Position numbers and translations under genes: made by a program
NCBI GenBank assembly: GCA_038890745.1
Contig: JAWAFD010000002.1
Location: 160,001-224,000, forward strand
Direction: 5' to 3'
From: Candidatus Anstonellales archaeon
GTDB lineage: Archaea; Micrarchaeota; Micrarchaeia; Anstonellales; J096
DNA: 64,000 nucleotides
The notes under the pieces: model-generated
What the model saw: only the letters and a program-made list of their open reading frames with translations
Told to the model about the DNA's origin: nothing
Database searches by the model: none
In this document: positions 59,747-64,000 of the stretch, one piece after another
How the letters are laid out: every line of letters begins with the position of its first letter
Position numbering within the stretch: the first letter of the stretch is position 1

Positions 59747-59761
59747 CTTACCAGGGGTAAG
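59723..59761. repeat. 39-bp direct repeat, copy 2 (encodes last codons and stop of ATPase)
   Basis: Identical to 58601-58639. Confidence 0.95.
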
Positions 59762-59775
59762 ATATAGGATACCAT

Positions 59776-60321
59776 CTACTCGCTTACGACCCCATAATAA
59801 CTTACATTCATCTTTCTTATCCCTTCAAAGGTTTCCACATCGTTTCCTTCGCATGTTATAGTAAAAATAATCTCTCCCGAACAGCCCTGCATGCTTCCAG
59901 GATGTGTGAAGAGCCCGCACCTCTCGCCATGGGTGTTCAGCCAATTTACCTTTTCCTGAATGTTGCTGGTGTTCCATGTTATTCCGTAGAATGCGTACTC
60001 TATTTTTTCACTTATGTTAAATATTCTATTCTTCACCCAAACATCCCCAACCTTCACAGAGTTTCCGTTTATTTCCGTGTAGTTTAGGTTTGAGTTTAAA
60101 AAAGAAACCGGCGAGCGATAGTAATTGCAATAGAGTAACATTCCGCTCTTTCCAATGGCATAGCTCTTATTCTGAAATTCATAAACCTCTCCTAATTCAA
60201 TCCTTCCGGCTTGCAGCTCATCCACATTCTCGTGAACAAGAAGGAGAGCCAGGAGTATGGAGGCAATGATCAGAAAAATAAAAACTATCGCAGCCGGCGC
60301 GAATCCCTTTACTTTACCCAT
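59776..60321 (-). CDS. Pilin-like protein, class III signal peptide
   Basis: MGKVKG|FAPAAIVFIFLIIASILLALLL. Confidence 0.7.
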   Translation of the reverse strand: MGKVKGFAPAAIVFIFLIIASILLALLLVHENVDELQAGRIELGEVYEFQNKSYAIGKSGMLLYCNYYRSPVSFLNSNLNYTEINGNSVKVGDVWVKNRIFNISEKIEYAFYGITWNTSNIQEKVNWLNTHGERCGLFTHPGSMQGCSGEIIFTITCEGNDVETFEGIRKMNVSYYGVVSE

Positions 60322-60695
60322 ATCACCCCATTCCCTCCATCATAAAGCTCTATCTCAAACATGATTCCATCCTTTTTCGCATTCGGAAAATAGTTTGTTT
60401 CTATGTTTATTTCTCTTTCTTTGCATAGCGTATCAACATATACCGGAGCGCCATCCAATATTATATAATTCTCCCCCTCTGCGATGCTATCTGCAATGAG
60501 CAAAAGAATGCTCCTTCCATTATAGGTTTCTTTTTTTGCTTTTTCTATGGTTTGCAGCGCACCGATGTATTTATACGAAATCTCCATCTGCTTCTCAACT
60601 GCGCTTTCCCTTTCGGCCCCAACATACATAAGGGCAGATGCCAAAACACCGAGTGCAACGATCCCCATCACTATACCTATTACATCATCCATCAT
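60309..60695 (-). CDS. Pilin-like protein (N-terminal TM)
   Basis: MMDDVIGIVMGIVALGVLASALM; overlaps both neighbours. Confidence 0.62.
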   Translation of the reverse strand: MMDDVIGIVMGIVALGVLASALMYVGAERESAVEKQMEISYKYIGALQTIEKAKKETYNGRSILLLIADSIAEGENYIILDGAPVYVDTLCKEREINIETNYFPNAKKDGIMFEIELYDGGNGVIWVK

Positions 60696-61144
60696 TCCAA
60701 CACCCTTACCTTCCCATCCTCTTTAATTACAAGGATATGGTGCGCTCCCGGCAAAAGCATTGCCTCGGTTGCGTTGCACGCTAAATTATAGCAAGTCTCC
60801 TCTTTGCATATTTTTTTTCCGCTTATGTTTATTCCACTTTCCACATAAACAGTTTCAAAAATTCTTTTTTCATTTAAGCAGACAACATCCATCGCTCCCT
60901 TAACCTTTGCTACATCCTCCCTTCCAGAATGATAACCGCCGACAGAAAACTCTTTTCCTCCATACCCTAAGAATGTCCAGTTTTTTTCTGCATTTATTTT
61001 TAAAATTTGGAGGGCGTTCAGCATCTCCCTCTGTTCCCAATATTTATCATAAGCATTTACAACTAAAACATTCGCGAAGAAGACTATTGCGGCAATAAGA
61101 AAAACAAACATTACTTTTGGAAAGATATTCAGCTGCCCCCGCAT
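60692..61144 (-). CDS. Pilin-like protein, class III signal peptide
   Basis: MRG|QLNIFPKVMFVFLIAAIVFF; GAGGA SD before 61144. Confidence 0.7.
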   Translation of the reverse strand: MRGQLNIFPKVMFVFLIAAIVFFANVLVVNAYDKYWEQREMLNALQILKINAEKNWTFLGYGGKEFSVGGYHSGREDVAKVKGAMDVVCLNEKRIFETVYVESGINISGKKICKEETCYNLACNATEAMLLPGAHHILVIKEDGKVRVLE

Positions 61145-61488
61145 GTAATCCTCTCCTTTCCAGAGCAATGGACCTCCTTCGTGAAAGTAAACTCACCGCT
61201 TGCGTTTAGTTCAAGCGGGTAGGGGAAGTAGCTCTCCTGCCCATCCACACCTGCGAAAACAACCCCTTTCCCTATAAACACCTTCCCCCCATACTCAAAA
61301 CTCGCATTGCTCCATCCTTTTTCATAACTCTCCATTATCAAAAAGCTAACCTTTTTCGCAATATCATTTGCTAAAAATTTTTTCTGCTCGTTTATCTGAA
61401 AACTTATTGCGTTCCACATTATGGCAATTACAATAAGAACAGCTACGAGAGAGCCAACATTCACTATAAAGTCGGTTGTTGCGGTCAT
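61129..61488 (-). CDS. Pilin-like protein
   Basis: MTATTDFIVNVGSLVAVLIVIAIM then amphipathic helix. Confidence 0.65.
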   Translation of the reverse strand: MTATTDFIVNVGSLVAVLIVIAIMWNAISFQINEQKKFLANDIAKKVSFLIMESYEKGWSNASFEYGGKVFIGKGVVFAGVDGQESYFPYPLELNASGEFTFTKEVHCSGKERITCGGS

Positions 61489-61892
61489 CCTACCATTCCT
61501 TTTAGGCTCACTACACCATCCTTCTTCTCAAAAATGAATGTATATTCGTTTTCCACACCGGCAGGAACAAAAAGCGAAGTTACATTTGTTCGACAGGTAA
61601 TATTTTTGCACAACTCATTCTTTCCGCTTATGCAGAACTCATCATTATACCCGGTCATAACCAATTCCCCATAAACTTTTTTCTTAAAACTAAAACTGCT
61701 TTCGTCCGGCATGGAGCAGAAGGTCTCAAGCTTTCCGGAAAGCTCATCAAACAGTCTTTTCTGCTCATTAGAAATAAAATTTTCCTTAAAGGAGCCGAAA
61801 GCGTTCCAGTATGCCATTATCACTATTGAAGCGAAAATGAAGCTTGCAAGGATCCATATCCACAAACTCGGCGCATCTCCTTTCATTGGCAT
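61485..61892 (-). CDS. Pilin-like protein, class III signal peptide
   Basis: MKG|DAPSLWIWILASFIFASIVI. Confidence 0.7.
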   Translation of the reverse strand: MPMKGDAPSLWIWILASFIFASIVIMAYWNAFGSFKENFISNEQKRLFDELSGKLETFCSMPDESSFSFKKKVYGELVMTGYNDEFCISGKNELCKNITCRTNVTSLFVPAGVENEYTFIFEKKDGVVSLKGMVG

Positions 61893-62452
61893 CTGAGCTC
61901 CCCTCTATCTGTTTGGGGGAAAGCGATCGTAAACCAATGATATGCCAAAAATTTATCATGACATTCTCCGGGGTCGAGAAGCTCATTCAGCCTTGCATTC
62001 AGCGCGCTTCCGCTTACACCCAAGCCAGAATAATAAGAGCAGACTGCCTCGCTGCATTTTTTTGCATCAACATTAGGGCATTCTACAAGGATAAAGCATG
62101 GAACCCTTTTCTCGCATGCCCCAACCCCTCCGAGAGAAACCTCTGCGAAAACAGAGCTGTCCGTATAGTCGTTTTTGTCCCCATCTCCGTTTAGGTCTAT
62201 CTCGTTGAATGAGGTGCAGAATTCCACAAGGTTTTTATTGCTCATGGATTTTTGATAGTTGCTGCATTTTGTCTCGCAATTTTGAACAATTTTCTGAACA
62301 GCCATCTTCTGCTCTTGTGTGAGCTGGATTCCCTGAAGCTTCTCGCTTTCCTGAGCCATGTATTTTGTGAATATATCAAGCACTACATAAACAACAATGA
62401 CCAAAACAAGCAGAACGAGCACAATCTCTAATGCCTTACTCTGTCCTTTCAT
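61883..62452 (-). CDS. Cys-rich type IV pilin-like protein, class III signal peptide
   Basis: MKG|QSKALEIVLVLLVLVIVV; 10 Cys; DLNGDGD Ca-loop-like motif. Confidence 0.78.
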   Translation of the reverse strand: MKGQSKALEIVLVLLVLVIVVYVVLDIFTKYMAQESEKLQGIQLTQEQKMAVQKIVQNCETKCSNYQKSMSNKNLVEFCTSFNEIDLNGDGDKNDYTDSSVFAEVSLGGVGACEKRVPCFILVECPNVDAKKCSEAVCSYYSGLGVSGSALNARLNELLDPGECHDKFLAYHWFTIAFPQTDRGELRCQ

Positions 62453-62490
62453 AAGAATCCCTCACGCTTTTATTTTTGCTGTTTGTGTTT

Positions 62491-62973
62491 TTAAACATAT
62501 TCTTTTATTTCAGCAAAAACCTTCTTTTTCGTCTCCCCCCAAAAAAGCACCCTCTTTCCAAGCCCCTTGGCTTTTTCGATATCCTCCTCGCTGGAAACAA
62601 CAACATCATTTACAAAATCAATCCCTTCAACATCCTCCCAATTTTTTATTTTTCCAACAAGGAGTTTTTTGCCATCTTTAAAATTTTGAAGAATCCTGCA
62701 TGGTAGATCCACAACAACCCTTGCCTTTACGCCGAGCAGTTTTTTTATTATCCGTTCCTCGCACGGTACCTCAACCTGAATGTTTATTATGTAAGTAAGC
62801 TTATCGTAGATATCAAAATTCTTCATCGTTTTTATATCCAGATCCTTTATGTGCAGAAGCTTTACTCCGCTTTCCTTCATTTTTTTCGCGATAGCGAGCG
62901 GGTTTCCGACAAGCCTTGGTTGCGAATAGCAAAAAAATTGCTTATCCTTAAGAAGAAAAGCAAAGGCGTTCAT
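62491..62973 (-). CDS. Truncated HisA/HisF-related TIM-barrel protein
   Basis: GNPLAIAKKMKESGVKLLHIKDLD...INIQV..KLLGVKARVVV resembles the HisA N-terminal half. Confidence 0.6.
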   Translation of the reverse strand: MNAFAFLLKDKQFFCYSQPRLVGNPLAIAKKMKESGVKLLHIKDLDIKTMKNFDIYDKLTYIINIQVEVPCEERIIKKLLGVKARVVVDLPCRILQNFKDGKKLLVGKIKNWEDVEGIDFVNDVVVSSEEDIEKAKGLGKRVLFWGETKKKVFAEIKEYV

Positions 62974-63032
62974 ACAGTAGACATCAAGCAAATATTTATA
63001 ATATTTGTTATCTATTTTTTTTGGGTGAGAAA

Positions 63033-64000
63033 TTGGCCGAAAGAGAGGTTGTAGTGGAAAAGAGAGGGGGTATGCTTACAACGATTCTTCTTGTTCTCAT
63101 CCTTATTGGACTGGTTGTTGTGGCATACTTCCTATGGAAAGGAACGGCGGTTGGGAAAGTTGTTTATCTGCCGGAAGGGGAAGCAGGAAAGATTACAGAA
63201 TCTGGTGGGAACACAGTGATAGCTGTTGATTGTTGCGGATGTTATGATGGCGGCAAAACAATCAGAGGGTATTGCGATTGCGACCTTACATTCAGGCCTG
63301 TTTGCACAGAGGGCGGAATAACGTACCTGAACCCAGCAGCAGCGCAACAAGCAGGAGCGACCGTTGTTCACTACGGAGTGTGCGAAGAAGAAAAAGAAAC
63401 ATGCACGGATACGGATGGAGGAAAGAACTACTATGAGTACGGAACAACCTATACATCAAAAGAGAGAGCTGCAGATTTCTGCGAAAAAACAACACTTGTA
63501 GAGTACTACTGCGAAGGCACTGAAATAAAGAAAGAAACATTCAAGTGCGAGTATGGATGTGAAAATGGCGCATGCGCAAGGCAGGGCTGCACAGAGACGG
63601 ATAAGGGAGATGACCCGTACACATATGGAATAGTGTATTTCGGAAACGTGAAGTATGAGGATTTCTGCGAAAAAACAATTCTCACTGAATACTATTGCGA
63701 AGGGAGTACCGTAAAAAACAAAACATACAGATGTGAAGGAATGTGCGAACGAGGCCAGTGCATTAAGCAGACATGCACAGAAACAGATAAAGGAAGGGAC
63801 TATGAGACAAAGGGACAAACAACCGGCTACCTTGATGGAGTATACGGACTGTACATAGACTACTGCACCCAGCAGACAGGAATGACAGCGCTCGTACCAT
63901 CAAGACTTGTTGAATACTACTGCGATGGAAATGTTGTGAAAAAAGAAACAGTCGAGTGCGAAGCAGGAAAGGTTTGCTCTGATGGTAAGTGCGTTAAGCA
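63033..64000 (+). CDS. Membrane-anchored Kazal-like and Cys-rich repeat surface protein (partial, runs off window end)
   Basis: Not in ORF track; open frame from TTG 63033 (GGTGA SD; alternative ATG 63072); TM; CDLTFRPVCTEGGITYLN...HYGVC; three CT[D/E]TDxG...DxC...LxEYYC...C..C..G.C repeats. Confidence 0.82.
   Translation, partial: MAEREVVVEKRGGMLTTILLVLILIGLVVVAYFLWKGTAVGKVVYLPEGEAGKITESGGNTVIAVDCCGCYDGGKTIRGYCDCDLTFRPVCTEGGITYLNPAAAQQAGATVVHYGVCEEEKETCTDTDGGKNYYEYGTTYTSKERAADFCEKTTLVEYYCEGTEIKKETFKCEYGCENGACARQGCTETDKGDDPYTYGIVYFGNVKYEDFCEKTILTEYYCEGSTVKNKTYRCEGMCERGQCIKQTCTETDKGRDYETKGQTTGYLDGVYGLYIDYCTQQTGMTALVPSRLVEYYCDGNVVKKETVECEAGKVCSDGKCVK

Noticed and set aside
453..63818. Many antisense or alternate-frame ORFs in the track (e.g. 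453..1103, 5935..6810, 10258..10800, 56098..56565, 63456..63818)
   Set aside because: Ser/Phe/Leu-rich shadows of Lys/Glu-rich genes, overlapped by better-supported CDSs

Overview
Chromosomal segment of an archaeon, most likely DPANN (Micrarchaeota-like; inferred from uL16/L10e, Sec61beta, a PAC2/Pba chaperone, TATA/GGTGA signals, class III pilins and very large sequon-rich surface proteins). 1-6.8 kb is housekeeping: HD hydrolase, Sec61beta, PAC2, and tRNA-Leu(GAG) with a 169-nt BHB intron at 59/60, followed by a G-string repeat array. 6.8-13.2 kb is a type IV pilus/Tad-like operon interrupted by an MNT-HEPN pair. At 13.2-14.7 kb is a PPR protein with seven near-identical 102-bp repeats whose variation includes the RNA-base-specifying residues (predicted target UUGUGAU). 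19-52 kb is a surface-structure locus in which one domain occurs as a stand-alone subunit, at the C-terminus of two giant beta-helix proteins (3957 and 1563 aa) and at the N-terminus of a candidate anchor protein, suggesting a donor-strand-type fibre. Two AAA ATPase genes are each bracketed by their own perfect dyad-containing direct repeat (54 bp and 39 bp). The end of the window has a 1398-aa protein with an OMP-like beta-barrel C-terminus, a second pilin cluster and a Kazal/Cys-repeat protein. All family calls come from motif recognition by eye; no searches were run.
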